Shown piece by piece: positions 10,201 to 19,103 of a stretch of DNA of 31,208 nucleotides. The stretch covers positions 1-31,208 of IMG/VR virus record IMGVR_UViG_3300030433_001893; one strand, 5' to 3'. Numbering within the stretch: the first letter of the stretch is position 1; each line of letters opens with the position of its first letter. Position numbers and translations under genes: made by a program. The stretch is from a virus (Duplodnaviria; Caudoviricetes). Below the pieces are notes generated by a model that was not told the DNA's origin, did no database searches, and saw only the letters and a list, made by a program, of their open reading frames with translations.

Positions 10201-11029
10201 TGAAGACGACGGTCTGCGTAAGAGCGCAACAGAAACCACCGTCATTGTTGACCAACCAGTTTCGCAGACGTTCTTTGGTGTCAAAAACCAGCGTGAGGAT
10301 CAGATCACGCCAACACCGTTTACTGGCAGTAAGACTGACACAACCTACGACACAACCTATGACGCTTTGATTCTCGATAGTGATGGCGTCTCAGCAGGCA
10401 CTGGTGAATACGCTTTTGCCGACACGCTGGACCTCGAGGCTGTTTACAGCTTGGACCTGGAGCGTCGGCTTGTTGCTCGCGGCATTTACCCAAGTGACCT
10501 TTGGGACAGCCGAACAGACAACATTGACACTTGGCAGGACATTGATGGCGGTGTTGTCGATCAGGTCAATGCTGAGCTTTATGTGCGAAAGACCAACGAC
10601 GATCCGTCTGGCTCGCCGACTTACAGCGCATGGCAGCCGTTGGCAAATGGTGTTTTGAAAGCCCGTGCGTTTCAGTTCAAAACCGTTCTGACCACGACCA
10701 ACGCAGCTCAAAACATCCTTGTGGACGAGCTGGGCTACAAAGCACAACTGCAGCAGCGCACTGAGCAAAGCACCGCAACGATTGCTAGCGGCACATCAGC
10801 CAAAGCTGTCACGTTTACCAATGCGTTTTTTACAGGCACTAGCAGCCTTGGAGGAGCAGACAGCGCGCTGCCCACCATCGGCATCACACCGTTAAACATG
10901 GCCACTGGAGACTTCTTTGAGCTGTCCAGCATCTCAAGAACTGGCTTCACTGTTACGTTCAAAAACAGCAGCGGCACAATCGTTGACCGGAACTTCAACT
11001 ACATGGCAACAGGCTTTGGCAAGTCGTAA
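7229..11029 (+). CDS. Central tail fibre / tip attachment protein, lambda gpJ-like, with N-terminal Hint domain
   Basis: DLISEGEIQGL, YPNSALVG, WTNDPAWCLWDLLTNDRYG, YCNTLVDDGKGGQEPRFSCN, GCYSQGQANRLGKW and FN3-like repeats; ATG 7229 preferred over TTG 7223. Confidence 0.95.
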   Translation: MTEAKYISGAGGGGCFTADTLVSTPDGQVRIDQLKEGSEVISFDDKGNTHVAKVLKVHVHEKEQVYRYGFWGNEYVDATPNHWVLNQYNAFVAIGSLGFDDCLIDVMGHLRPMTSRKDLGTATVYNLTVERQHTFIANNIRVHNAGLGQRIAGAGGGRKSGGGGHTPTEADDSLQSKQFANVLDLISEGEIQGLDDGNKSIFFDGTPLQAPDDTYNFSDYTVSTRNGTQGQTYIPGVFSNVESETQVGVEVTKAAPVVRQITDDDVDRVRVTIEIPSLRKIEDDGDIIGTSVSISIQVQYNGGGYNTVKTDKIKGKSNGRYQRDYLITLSGAFPVDIKVVRNTADNSSSTLANTTNWSSFTSIIDAKLAYPNSALVGLRFGSKQFNRIPQRKYLIRGIKIGVPTNAKIDTSATERLVVSTGSTESITGGIPGRITYTGVWNGELSTDPGASGGAVWTNDPAWCLWDLLTNDRYGAGVPESSLDRYDFFATSQYCNTLVDDGKGGQEPRFSCNLLINQRKEVYNVIQEMTSIFRGISFYGAGSLVLLQDKPSDAQYTLGPANVVDGAFSYSGSSVRSRHTCATVAYQDYDELGEVSFEYVEDADAVAKYGVNNKDIKAVGCYSQGQANRLGKWTLLSEQDLYETCNFAIGIDSGIVVRPGMVVDIADPLRGGTRRNGRVSSATTTQITLDSDTDLLVDTSEDPKLSIVLPNGLVETRNIGSISGKVVTVPVAFSQAPAANAPWLIQTDDIQSQQFRVVSVAEEGDGVFGVAAIKYNESIYNAVEEDLKLTQRDISNLTEPPSAVSDLSATEFLYEEGGTVKTAVDLNWESPVNQVTHADDNVITVQDPNVNDFVVRYRLDNSNFETITTEASSTQIKGLKAGNLEVQVSARNFNNKSGPITKEFFELAGKTAIPGNVQNLTLEPLNYNSARLRWDETVDLDVKVSGKVHIRHSNLTDGSATWSNSTDLIAAIAGSSTEATVPLLEGEYLVKFEDDGLRKSATETTVIVDQPVSQTFFGVKNQREDQITPTPFTGSKTDTTYDTTYDALILDSDGVSAGTGEYAFADTLDLEAVYSLDLERRLVARGIYPSDLWDSRTDNIDTWQDIDGGVVDQVNAELYVRKTNDDPSGSPTYSAWQPLANGVLKARAFQFKTVLTTTNAAQNILVDELGYKAQLQQRTEQSTATIASGTSAKAVTFTNAFFTGTSSLGGADSALPTIGITPLNMATGDFFELSSISRTGFTVTFKNSSGTIVDRNFNYMATGFGKS
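7271..7660 (+). other. Hint domain (mini-intein / bacterial intein-like), 130 aa, no endonuclease
   Basis: Block A CFTADTLV, block B ATPNHW (TxxH), block F VYNLTV..QHTFIAN, terminal VHN; the following residue is Ala. Confidence 0.9.
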
Positions 11030-11057
11030 ACTGTCAGCAATAGTGCGCTAAGGCTTT

Positions 11058-11663
11058 GTGGCGACTCACGACTACTCTTTAGCCAACCAAAGCGGTAGCG
11101 CGTTTCGTGGCGACCTCAATAACGCGCTGTCTGCGATTGCGACAAACAACAGCAGCTCGACAGATCCGGCTACTACGTTTGCCAACCAGTGGTACGTCGA
11201 TACAGGCGATAGCACTCTCAAACTTAGAAATGCTGCAAACAGTGCTTACGTCAATGTCAGTGCGGTAGGCGGTATTGGAACGGCCAACCTTGGTCTAGCC
11301 CTTGCGGCATCACCAACGTTTACAGGCACTGCCACGTTTGGTGGCAACATCCTGATGTCAGGCACTGGAACGCTTGACCTGCCAGTCGGGACAACAGCTC
11401 AGCGTCCGGGCAGCCCTAATAACGGGATGATCCGTTACAACACAACTTTGACCAGATATGAGGGCTACAGCGGGTCAGCTTGGGGCTCTCTTGGTGGTGG
11501 TGCTACTGGCGGCGGCGGTGATCAATGGGTTGTTGAGACAGATCAGACTGTCACCACTAACTACGAGCTGACTGCTAACAAACATGGGATGACGGTATCG
11601 CCCACAATCAATAGCGGGGTTACACTGACAGTGCCGTCTGGTGCGGTTCTCGTAATTCTCTGA
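11058..11663 (+). CDS. Tail fibre / adaptor protein
   Basis: GTG start; MATHDYSLANQSGSAFRGDLNNAL N-terminus, LPVGTTAQRP..GMIRYNTT..YEGY fibre module, C-terminal ETDQTVTTNY...LTVPSG module; follows gpJ. Confidence 0.75.
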   Translation: MATHDYSLANQSGSAFRGDLNNALSAIATNNSSSTDPATTFANQWYVDTGDSTLKLRNAANSAYVNVSAVGGIGTANLGLALAASPTFTGTATFGGNILMSGTGTLDLPVGTTAQRPGSPNNGMIRYNTTLTRYEGYSGSAWGSLGGGATGGGGDQWVVETDQTVTTNYELTANKHGMTVSPTINSGVTLTVPSGAVLVIL

Positions 11664-11665
11664 TC

Positions 11666-12262
11666 ATGCCAATAGCAATCAACGGCAGCGGAACTATTAC
11701 AGGCGTCTCAGTCGGCGGCTTGCCTGACGGCATTGTCGATACTGACATGCTTGCTGCTGGAGCGGTAACGGCGGCTAAGCGCGGTGCTGGTGGAATTCTG
11801 CAGGTTCAGCAGACGGTTAAAACCAACATCTTTTCAACAACCGCTGATGGTTTTAACGACGTAACAGGCTTGACGGTTGACATCACTCCGACGTCTAGCT
11901 CAAGTAAAATTTTGGCGATGTGCTATGTGAATTACGGTACTGCTAGTGATGATATCCGCCTAGCAGCACGCATTGTTAGAGAAGAAGGCGGCAGTGACAC
12001 TATTATTTCCCAAGGTGATGCGAGCGGAAACAGGCAAAGGTCTATGTGGATCGGGCGTCACGAAAATCTGGTCGGAGCCCAATTACAGGTAAACATTCAA
12101 ATTCTAGATTCTCCGTCTAGCACTAATGCTTTGACGTATAAATTTCAGACTGGAAGAATAGATGGTGGAACGTTAGTTGTTAATGACGGTCGTTCTGATG
12201 CAAACGCAAGCACCCACGCAAGACCTATTTCTACTATCACCGTAATCGAGGTCGCAGGATGA
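11666..12262 (+). CDS. Putative small tail fibre / receptor-binding protein
   Basis: 198 aa, beta-rich; GGILQVQQT...VTGLTVDITPTSSSSKIL...STITVIEVAG; followed by a chaperone-like gene. Confidence 0.6.
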   Translation: MPIAINGSGTITGVSVGGLPDGIVDTDMLAAGAVTAAKRGAGGILQVQQTVKTNIFSTTADGFNDVTGLTVDITPTSSSSKILAMCYVNYGTASDDIRLAARIVREEGGSDTIISQGDASGNRQRSMWIGRHENLVGAQLQVNIQILDSPSSTNALTYKFQTGRIDGGTLVVNDGRSDANASTHARPISTITVIEVAG

Positions 12263-12585
12263 ACCATTTCGCAATCCGCCGTGCGTATCCAAATGTTGTC
12301 ACCATTGACGATGGGACAGGGGCTTTTGATGCTGACGGCAACCAGATCACACTTGATCAGTCACTCGTGGACGCTGCGGCAGCCGAGCTAGTAACTGAAA
12401 ACGCTTGGAGCGATCTGCGGACAAAGCGCGACCAGTTACTTACCTCAACAGACTGGGAGATCGTCAAGCACAAAGAGCTTGGCACTACTGTCCCAGCCGC
12501 GCTAAAAACATACAGGCAAGAGTTGCGCGATCTGCCAGCCAACACTTCTAATCCTTCCAACCCTATTTGGCCCGTTAGATCATGA
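12259..12585 (+). CDS. Tail fibre assembly chaperone-like protein
   Basis: WSDLRTKRDQLLTSTDW...YRQELRDLP...WP motif typical of phage tail assembly chaperones; ATGA overlap. Confidence 0.8.
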   Translation: MNHFAIRRAYPNVVTIDDGTGAFDADGNQITLDQSLVDAAAAELVTENAWSDLRTKRDQLLTSTDWEIVKHKELGTTVPAALKTYRQELRDLPANTSNPSNPIWPVRS

Positions 12586-13268
12586 GCATCAAACTCAAAG
12601 GCAGTACTGCTGGAAGCGTTGGTTTTGACGCACCAGCAAACACCAGCCCTTCTGGTTCGGACATTGTGCTGACCCTGCCGATTGATGCAGGCAGTGCAAA
12701 TCAGTATTTAAAGAACGGCAGCACTGCTGGCCAGCTGGAGTTTGGTGCGCTGGACAGGGTAAAGCGCACTTACAGCTCAGAATTAAGTGTTAGCAATGGT
12801 GACACTGAGCTTGAATTTACAGGAATACCCGCAAATTTTTCGCGACTCAGGCTCATCTTCCATGACCTAAGCCTTAGTGGTGGTAATCACCTTGCAGTCC
12901 AAATAGGGCATGCCGCTAGCGGTGGAACATATTTCACTTCTGGCTACATTTGTTATTTTGGCGCTATAGGCACAACTGGCATTTCAGGAGATGACCAGAC
13001 AGATAGTTTTAGAATGCGCCTTGGCACTTCCGGCCAATCACTTTTTGGCTTTCACGAACTTTGCCCTGACAAAGCAAGTTCGCCAACAAGGTTTTATGCA
13101 CAACACGTGTCGATTAGACAAGATGGTGCAAGTCTGCGAACAGGTGCAGGATATTCGCCAGACATTAGCAGCGTGACAATCGATCGAATCAAAATTCGAC
13201 CTAGTACTACAAACACATTTGATGACACCAATGGGGGAGTTACCCTGATTACGGAGGTGATCGAATGA
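12582..13268 (+). CDS. Putative small tail fibre / receptor-binding protein
   Basis: MSIKLKGSTAGSV..APA...LTLP..G.ANQYLK..G..GQLEFG fibre N-terminus plus a beta-rich head; ATGA overlaps at both ends. Confidence 0.6.
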   Translation: MSIKLKGSTAGSVGFDAPANTSPSGSDIVLTLPIDAGSANQYLKNGSTAGQLEFGALDRVKRTYSSELSVSNGDTELEFTGIPANFSRLRLIFHDLSLSGGNHLAVQIGHAASGGTYFTSGYICYFGAIGTTGISGDDQTDSFRMRLGTSGQSLFGFHELCPDKASSPTRFYAQHVSIRQDGASLRTGAGYSPDISSVTIDRIKIRPSTTNTFDDTNGGVTLITEVIE

Positions 13269-13555
13269 CCTTGAACAAGCGCAGCGTTAATGCCATCACT
13301 GGCGAAGTAACCGTTACTCCGCTGTCTGCAGAGGAGATTGCAGAACGCGAAGCCTATGAACGTGATGTTCAGCCTGGCGTTGATCTAGGTCTGTTGCGTG
13401 AAGAGCGCAATCGTCGTCTTGCCGAGACTGACTATCTGGCGTTGTCTGACGCTACTTTGACAGAAGAGATGCGGACTTATCGTCAGGCGTTGCGGGATCT
13501 ACCCGCTAACACCAGCGATCCAGCAACCCCCACCTGGCCCGTAAAGCCTTCCTGA
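13265..13555 (+). CDS. Tail fibre assembly chaperone-like protein
   Basis: LREERNRRLAETDY...YRQALRDLPANTSDP..PTWPVKP; paralog of 12259-12585. Confidence 0.8.
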   Translation: MTLNKRSVNAITGEVTVTPLSAEEIAEREAYERDVQPGVDLGLLREERNRRLAETDYLALSDATLTEEMRTYRQALRDLPANTSDPATPTWPVKPS

Positions 13556-13556
13556 A

Positions 13557-13982
13557 ATGTCGATTCTCAAGGTCAATAAAGTAGAGCACACCTCAAGCAC
13601 TGACGGTGGGTTCTCAATCAGTGGTACGGGCCTTGTCACGTTTGAAACGGCAAACGGCACTATCTCTGCGATTTCTGTTGCTGCCAGCGACACCACTAAG
13701 ACGCTTGATTTTGCAACGTCAAATAATTTTGCCTTGACGCTTGCGAATACTTCGTCTTGCACGCTGGCCAACCCAAGCAACCTGACGGCAGGTCAAAGCG
13801 GTTCGATTTTTATCGTCCAAGACAGCACTGGTGGTCGCCTGTTGACCTACGGCAGCCAGTGGGACTTTGAAAACGGAGTAGCTCCCACGTTGTCTACAGG
13901 AGCGTCAGCTGTAGATCGCATTGATTACGTCGTTCGCACCACAAGTTCAATTCACGCTGTCTTCACCGCTAACTACTCATGA
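13557..13982 (+). CDS. Putative tail fibre adaptor protein
   Basis: LDFATSNNFALTL...LANPSNLTAGQSGSIFIVQDSTGGR..TYGSQWDF..G.APTLST...VDRIDY, a motif common in phage fibre C-termini. Confidence 0.6.
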   Translation: MSILKVNKVEHTSSTDGGFSISGTGLVTFETANGTISAISVAASDTTKTLDFATSNNFALTLANTSSCTLANPSNLTAGQSGSIFIVQDSTGGRLLTYGSQWDFENGVAPTLSTGASAVDRIDYVVRTTSSIHAVFTANYS

Positions 13983-16363
13983 GCATCCTTGGCAGCAATA
14001 TGCTCACTGGTGCGGCTGGTCGCACTAGGTATGAGATTGAACGCAGCGTGCGGTTTAATGATGGTGACAATGCTTATCTAAGAAAAAATACTTTCGGGAC
14101 GCCTGACAGCACAAAGATATTTACGTTTTCTGCGTGGATAAAAAAAGGTCAGCTTGGCGACTGGTTCCCTATAGCTGGGTCGCACTCTGGCACTGCTGCT
14201 TTCACCGTTTTTGGGCTAGATGCCAGCGACAGGTTGATATGGAGGATCAGAAATTCAAGCGGCTCAGATATAACTAGACTCGAAAGTGCGGCTCGCTTAA
14301 GAGACCCAAGCGCTTGGTATCATCTTTTGCTGCAAAGAGACAGCACAGACTCAACAGCGGCAGATAGAGCAAAGCTATATATCAACGGAGTTCGAGTTAC
14401 TGATTTCGACCAAGAAAATACTGACGAGCTTGACAGAACATATTCAAGCGATTTTTTGCAAGATATAAATATCGGAAGAGTTCAGATTAACACCAGCAAC
14501 CTTAAGTACGCTGACGGCTACATCGCAGAATACTATTACATTGATGGGACGGCGCTTGACCCTTCAAGTTTTACAGAAACAGATCCAATGACAGGACAGC
14601 TAGTTCCTAAAAGGTATGTCGGCAGCTTTGGCACCAATGGCTTCTATTTAAAGTTCTCAGACAACTCAGACGTTACCCCAACGACTCTTGGCAAGGACAG
14701 CAGCGGCAACGGCAACAACTTTACGCCAAACAATCTCAGCGTGACCGCTGGTGCGGATAACGACAGCTTGTTGGACACGCCGACAAACAACTGGTGTACG
14801 TTGAACCCACTAAATACTGACAATGTATCTACTTTCAGCAACGGCAATCTAGACACTGTTTGCAATAACGCAAGTACATCTGGCGGCAGCATCGCAGTCA
14901 ATAGCGGCAAGTGGTATGCCGAAGTGGTGTGTACTGCTAAGACTGCTACTAACGCCATGGTTGGTATATGCACCATCAGGGGATTTGACGGTGAAAGACA
15001 AGTTGATGAATCTCAAAGGGGTGGGTCTGGACATGGTTACGTTATGAATGGCACTAAGCTCTCTGGTGGAGCATCTTACGGAGCAACTTGGGCTGTCAAT
15101 GATGTAATAGGAATTGCATTAGATCTAGATTCAGCTCAAAATACAGTAACTTTTTACAAGAACGGAGCTAGCCAGGGCGCTATCAACATTGACAATGAAG
15201 AATATGTTTTTGCGTGCAGCAACGGGCAGTCAAGTTCAACAGTTACCTATGCCTACAACTTCGGCCAACGCGCTTTTGCCTATACGCCGCCAGTCGGATA
15301 CCTAGCCCTAAACACTAAAAATTTGTCTTTACCCACTGTTCGAGATGGAACGAAGCACTTCAACACTGTTCTTTTCACAGGCAACGGTTCAACTCAATCA
15401 GTGACCGGTGTTGGGTTTCAACCTGACTGGACATGGATTAAAATGCGTTCTGATGGCAGCAGAGGCCATGCAGTCTTTGATTCAGTTAGAGGTGGTTCGG
15501 AGCGTCTAGACCGTTCTGCAACACAAGAAGGTCGCACTAACGAGGGCAACATTTCATTTCAAGCAGATGGTTTTAATGTCACCTCTTCGCACCCAACGGT
15601 TAATGACAGCTCAGACACTGCGGTGGCTTGGAACTGGCTTGCAGGCGGTACTGCTTCAAGCAACTCTGACGGCTCGATTACAAGCTCGGTAAGCGTAAAT
15701 CCTGAGGCAGGCTTCTCGATTGTCACCTATACAGGACCCGGCAGCACTGAAACTGTTGGCCATGGCCTAGGTGTTGCACCGAAAATGATAATCATCAAAG
15801 GGCGGAAAAATACAGATCATTGGTTTATGTACAATGCAAATTTAAATAATCCGACAACTGAATACATGTATTGGAACTTGGGGAACGCAGCTAACAGCGG
15901 CGCAAATCCATGGAACGGCACAGCTCCAACAAGCAGCGTTTTCACTATTGTCAATGACGGTGGTGTCGGCAGCGCTTACAACGGTAATACTTATGTTGCT
16001 TACTGCTTTGCTGAAGTTGAAGGCTATAGCAAGTTTGGCAAGTACAAAGGCAATTCTGGCCAACCTGACGGTACTTTTGTTTACACCGGCTTCAAGCCAG
16101 CGTTTGTTGAGCTGAAGAGATTTGACGCTGGTGATTTTTGGTTGATTATGGACAACAAAAGAAGCCCACACAACCCTAGAGACAATTTCATCAAGGGAGA
16201 CTCTGACACTTCTGAGGGGGACTACAACCTCACGCAGGGCATTGATATTTACTCGAATGGATTTAAGCTTAAAGATAACGATAGTGCTGCTAATGGAAAT
16301 AATGATGACTATATCTATATGGCATTCGCTGAGGTGCCTTTCAAGTACGCCAACGCCTGCTAA
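13979..16363 (+). CDS. Large lectin-like tail protein (LamG/ConA-like + SPRY-like + C-terminal beta domains)
   Basis: FTFSAWIKK...LRDPSAWYH...KLYING...GYIAEYYYIDG (LamG-like); SGKWYAEV...DVIGIALDLD..VTFYKNG..QG...NFGQ (SPRY-like); TGVGFQPDWTWIK and VGHGLGVAPKMIIIK repeats. Confidence 0.75.
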   Translation: MSILGSNMLTGAAGRTRYEIERSVRFNDGDNAYLRKNTFGTPDSTKIFTFSAWIKKGQLGDWFPIAGSHSGTAAFTVFGLDASDRLIWRIRNSSGSDITRLESAARLRDPSAWYHLLLQRDSTDSTAADRAKLYINGVRVTDFDQENTDELDRTYSSDFLQDINIGRVQINTSNLKYADGYIAEYYYIDGTALDPSSFTETDPMTGQLVPKRYVGSFGTNGFYLKFSDNSDVTPTTLGKDSSGNGNNFTPNNLSVTAGADNDSLLDTPTNNWCTLNPLNTDNVSTFSNGNLDTVCNNASTSGGSIAVNSGKWYAEVVCTAKTATNAMVGICTIRGFDGERQVDESQRGGSGHGYVMNGTKLSGGASYGATWAVNDVIGIALDLDSAQNTVTFYKNGASQGAINIDNEEYVFACSNGQSSSTVTYAYNFGQRAFAYTPPVGYLALNTKNLSLPTVRDGTKHFNTVLFTGNGSTQSVTGVGFQPDWTWIKMRSDGSRGHAVFDSVRGGSERLDRSATQEGRTNEGNISFQADGFNVTSSHPTVNDSSDTAVAWNWLAGGTASSNSDGSITSSVSVNPEAGFSIVTYTGPGSTETVGHGLGVAPKMIIIKGRKNTDHWFMYNANLNNPTTEYMYWNLGNAANSGANPWNGTAPTSSVFTIVNDGGVGSAYNGNTYVAYCFAEVEGYSKFGKYKGNSGQPDGTFVYTGFKPAFVELKRFDAGDFWLIMDNKRSPHNPRDNFIKGDSDTSEGDYNLTQGIDIYSNGFKLKDNDSAANGNNDDYIYMAFAEVPFKYANAC

Positions 16364-16372
16364 CCTTCAATC

Positions 16373-16939
16373 ATGGCCTTCCTTCTCAATGGTCAGCCTC
16401 TTGGCGTAGACCGCCCCTTCACAGATGCAGACGGTACGCAGTATCCAGCTAACTGGCTGCGTCGTGCTTCTGCTGAGGATAAAGCAGCAGTCGGCATCAC
16501 TGAGGTCGCTGACCCTGAACCGTATGACCAGCGGTTTTATTGGGGCGTTGGCAACCCCAAGGCACTTGAGAACGTCAACGTAGTAGACGAAAACAACAAC
16601 CCTGTCTTGGATGGCGACGGCAACCAAGTCGTTACCAAGGGCCTTAAGTCCGTATGGGCAGCAGCGCAGAAAGAGATTGCTGCAACGCTGCTCGCGCCAA
16701 CCGACTGGTACGTCACCCGCAAAGCAGAAACTGATGTTGCTGTCCCTTCAACGGTGAGCACATATCGAGCTGCTGTTCGGACTACCTGCGGGACACGCGA
16801 AACCGAAATCAACGCTTGTACGACCACAGACGAGTTGGCAGCATTGTTGACTAACCCTGCTGAGGTGTTGGACAGCGAGGGCAACATGGTTGCGAATACT
16901 GAGTCGTTCATCACTCGCTGGCCCGATAGACTCAGCTGA
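16373..16939 (+). CDS. Tail fibre-associated / chaperone-like protein
   Basis: GTQYPANWL N-terminus; LLAPTDWYVTRKAE...YRAAVRT resembles the TDW...YR..LR motif of the two upstream chaperones; ends WP. Confidence 0.6.
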   Translation: MAFLLNGQPLGVDRPFTDADGTQYPANWLRRASAEDKAAVGITEVADPEPYDQRFYWGVGNPKALENVNVVDENNNPVLDGDGNQVVTKGLKSVWAAAQKEIAATLLAPTDWYVTRKAETDVAVPSTVSTYRAAVRTTCGTRETEINACTTTDELAALLTNPAEVLDSEGNMVANTESFITRWPDRLS

Positions 16940-16945
16940 GGAGGT
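16938..16945 (+). promoter_or_regulatory. Shine-Dalgarno sequence for the 16951 gene
   Basis: GAGGAGGT 5 nt upstream of ATG 16951. Confidence 0.6.
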
Positions 16946-16950
16946 GCGCC

Positions 16951-17292
16951 ATGGCCGTTAGTCCTGGGACCTATAACTTCGTGCTCCAGCGCAGAAGCGA
17001 CTGGAGTGTGATTTTGCAATTCAAAGACAGCGATGACGCAGCGATCGACTTAACTGGCTACACCGTGTATGCGCAAGCGTGGAGCAAGCAGCGCTCAACT
17101 AAATACGCTGACTTCACGGTGGCCTACACAAGCCGGACTGATGGCAAAGTCACGATTAGCTTGACGGACACGCAAACCAGCACGTTCCCTGATCAGCTCA
17201 ACTACGACGTTTTGCTTGAGAACGGATCAGAATTGCGCGAGTATTACCTGGAAGGAGTTATCACTGTCTCGGAGGGCTATACCGCGCCATGA
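16951..17292 (+). CDS. Putative virion adaptor protein (BppU N-terminal-like)
   Basis: PGTYNF..Q..DW...LQFKD...IDLTGYT..AQ...GKVTISLT..QT...YDVLL...YYLEG.I.V..G.T pattern; strong RBS. Confidence 0.6.
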   Translation: MAVSPGTYNFVLQRRSDWSVILQFKDSDDAAIDLTGYTVYAQAWSKQRSTKYADFTVAYTSRTDGKVTISLTDTQTSTFPDQLNYDVLLENGSELREYYLEGVITVSEGYTAP

Positions 17293-17522
17293 CATCGGTT
17301 AACGTCACCACCGACGGCAAGACGACAGTCGTCAAAGACACGACGACTAACACTGTTTCTATTACGACGACAGGGCCTCAAGGTCCTGCAGCTTCTGGTT
17401 TCGACTTCGATGGAACCGCTAAGGTGGACAGGAGCATTGTCTATTTTGATGATGCATCTAGTCAGTTCAAGGCTGACGCGACCATCACCAAAACCACGCT
17501 CACAGACGGGGGCAACTTCTAG
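17289..17522 (+). CDS. Small virion linker protein ending DGGNF
   Basis: 77 aa, Thr-rich, short collagen-like GPQGP, C-terminal LTDGGNF; ATGA overlap. Confidence 0.6.
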   Translation: MTSVNVTTDGKTTVVKDTTTNTVSITTTGPQGPAASGFDFDGTAKVDRSIVYFDDASSQFKADATITKTTLTDGGNF

Positions 17523-17524
17523 CC

Positions 17525-19093
17525 ATGGCCAACACTCTTCGTATTAAGCGTCGGGCTTCTGGCGGCTCAGCAGGAGCGCCTAGCTCGCTTGAAAATGCCG
17601 AGTTGGCATACAACGAGTCAGATGCTGGGAATGGCATTCTTTACTACGGACTTGGCACAGGTGGTGCTGGAGGCAGCGCAACAAGTGTTGTTGCGATTGG
17701 CGGTGATGGCGCTTATTGCACACTGAGCGGCAACCAGACAATCAGTGGGAACAAAACCTTCACCGGGACGGTTACGCTCCCAACTCTTGCCTCTTTAACG
17801 ACTAGCGGCAACGCCACGATTGGCGGAAATTTGACAGTCCAGGGGACTACAACAACCATTTCGTCATCGACAATTAACGTTGACGACAAAAATATTGAAT
17901 TAGGCGCTGTTGATTCTCCAAGTGACACCACTGCTGATGGTGGTGGCATCACTTTGAAGGGTGCAAGCGATCACACCATCCTTTGGACTAACAGCACTGA
18001 CAGCTGGGATTTCTCTGAGCATGTAAATATTGCGTCTGGCAAAGAGTTCAAGATTAATGGCACTAGCGTCCTTAGTAGTAGCACTCTTGGTTCTGGTGTT
18101 ACTGGCTCCAGCCTTACTTCTGTCGGCACGCTGACCTCTGGAACGTGGTCTGCAAGCACCATTGCTGTCAATAAAGGCGGCACCGGCCAAACCAGCTATA
18201 CCAACGGTCAGCTGCTAATTGGTAACTCAACTGGCAACACGCTTAGCAAGGCGACTCTGACTGCTGGCGACAACATCACAATCACCAACTCTGCGGGTGG
18301 TATCACCATTGCAGCATCAGGTGCTCCTACTGCTGGTGATGGCATCGACGTAAGCGGCAGCACCGTCAGCATCGACGCCAAATCGAATGGTGGGCTTGTT
18401 ATTGAGAGCAGTGAATTAGCTGTTGATTTAGGTGCATCCAGCATTACTGGAACGCTTGCAGTTGGAGATGGTGGCACAGGTGCAACTTCTGCTTCTGGTG
18501 CCAGGACGGCCCTAGGCCTTGCAATCGGCAGCGATGTCCAGGCCTATAACGCGAAGTTGGCTGCTGTTGCTGGCCTTGCTGTTACTGACGGCAACATCAT
18601 TGTCGGCAACGGCAGCACATTTGTTTCTGAAGGTGGTGCAACCGCCAGAGCCTCTTTAGGCCTCACCATCGGCACAAACGTTCAGGCATACGATGCTCAG
18701 CTCGACACCTTTGCCGGGGCTGCTTCTGCAACAGCAACTGCTCTGGTCGCACTGACTTCTACTGAAGTTGCAATCCTGGATGGAGCCACAGTTACAACTG
18801 CTGAGCTGAACATCCTTGATGGTGTCACTTCTACGGCTTCAGAGCTGAACATCCTTGACGGTGTCACGGCAACCACCGCTGAGATCAACAAGCTCGATGG
18901 CCTCAATGCCAGCACCACAGAGCTAAACATCGTTGATGGCAGCACCTCCGCAACTTCAACCACGCTTGCAGCAGCAGACCGCATGGTGATCAACGATGCT
19001 GGAACGATGGTTCAGGTCGCATTGAGTGACCTCGTTACTTTCCTCGAGAACGGAACCGCCAGTAGCTTTGAGCTTGATGGCGGCACCTTTTGA
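17525..19093 (+). CDS. Long fibre protein with internal repeats
   Basis: 522 aa, Gly/Ser/Thr-rich; MANTLRIKRR...ELAYNE N-terminal module; GGTGAT..SGARTALGL.IG..VQAY repeats; 13-aa ELNILDG repeats; ends DGGTF. Confidence 0.75.
   Translation: MANTLRIKRRASGGSAGAPSSLENAELAYNESDAGNGILYYGLGTGGAGGSATSVVAIGGDGAYCTLSGNQTISGNKTFTGTVTLPTLASLTTSGNATIGGNLTVQGTTTTISSSTINVDDKNIELGAVDSPSDTTADGGGITLKGASDHTILWTNSTDSWDFSEHVNIASGKEFKINGTSVLSSSTLGSGVTGSSLTSVGTLTSGTWSASTIAVNKGGTGQTSYTNGQLLIGNSTGNTLSKATLTAGDNITITNSAGGITIAASGAPTAGDGIDVSGSTVSIDAKSNGGLVIESSELAVDLGASSITGTLAVGDGGTGATSASGARTALGLAIGSDVQAYNAKLAAVAGLAVTDGNIIVGNGSTFVSEGGATARASLGLTIGTNVQAYDAQLDTFAGAASATATALVALTSTEVAILDGATVTTAELNILDGVTSTASELNILDGVTATTAEINKLDGLNASTTELNIVDGSTSATSTTLAAADRMVINDAGTMVQVALSDLVTFLENGTASSFELDGGTF
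18755..18940 (+). repeat. Five degenerate 39-nt (13-aa) coding tandem repeats
   Basis: EVAILDG / ELNILDG / ELNILDG / EINKLDG / ELNIVDG at 13-aa spacing; DNA gagctgaacatccttga(t/c)ggtgtcac recurs 39 nt apart. Confidence 0.85.
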
Positions 19094-19103
19094 GGTCTAA
19101 GCA

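Noticed and set aside
18755-18940. CRISPR-like periodic repeat
   Set aside because: In-frame coding repeats with a 39-nt period and synonymous variation, no unique spacers, no cas genes.
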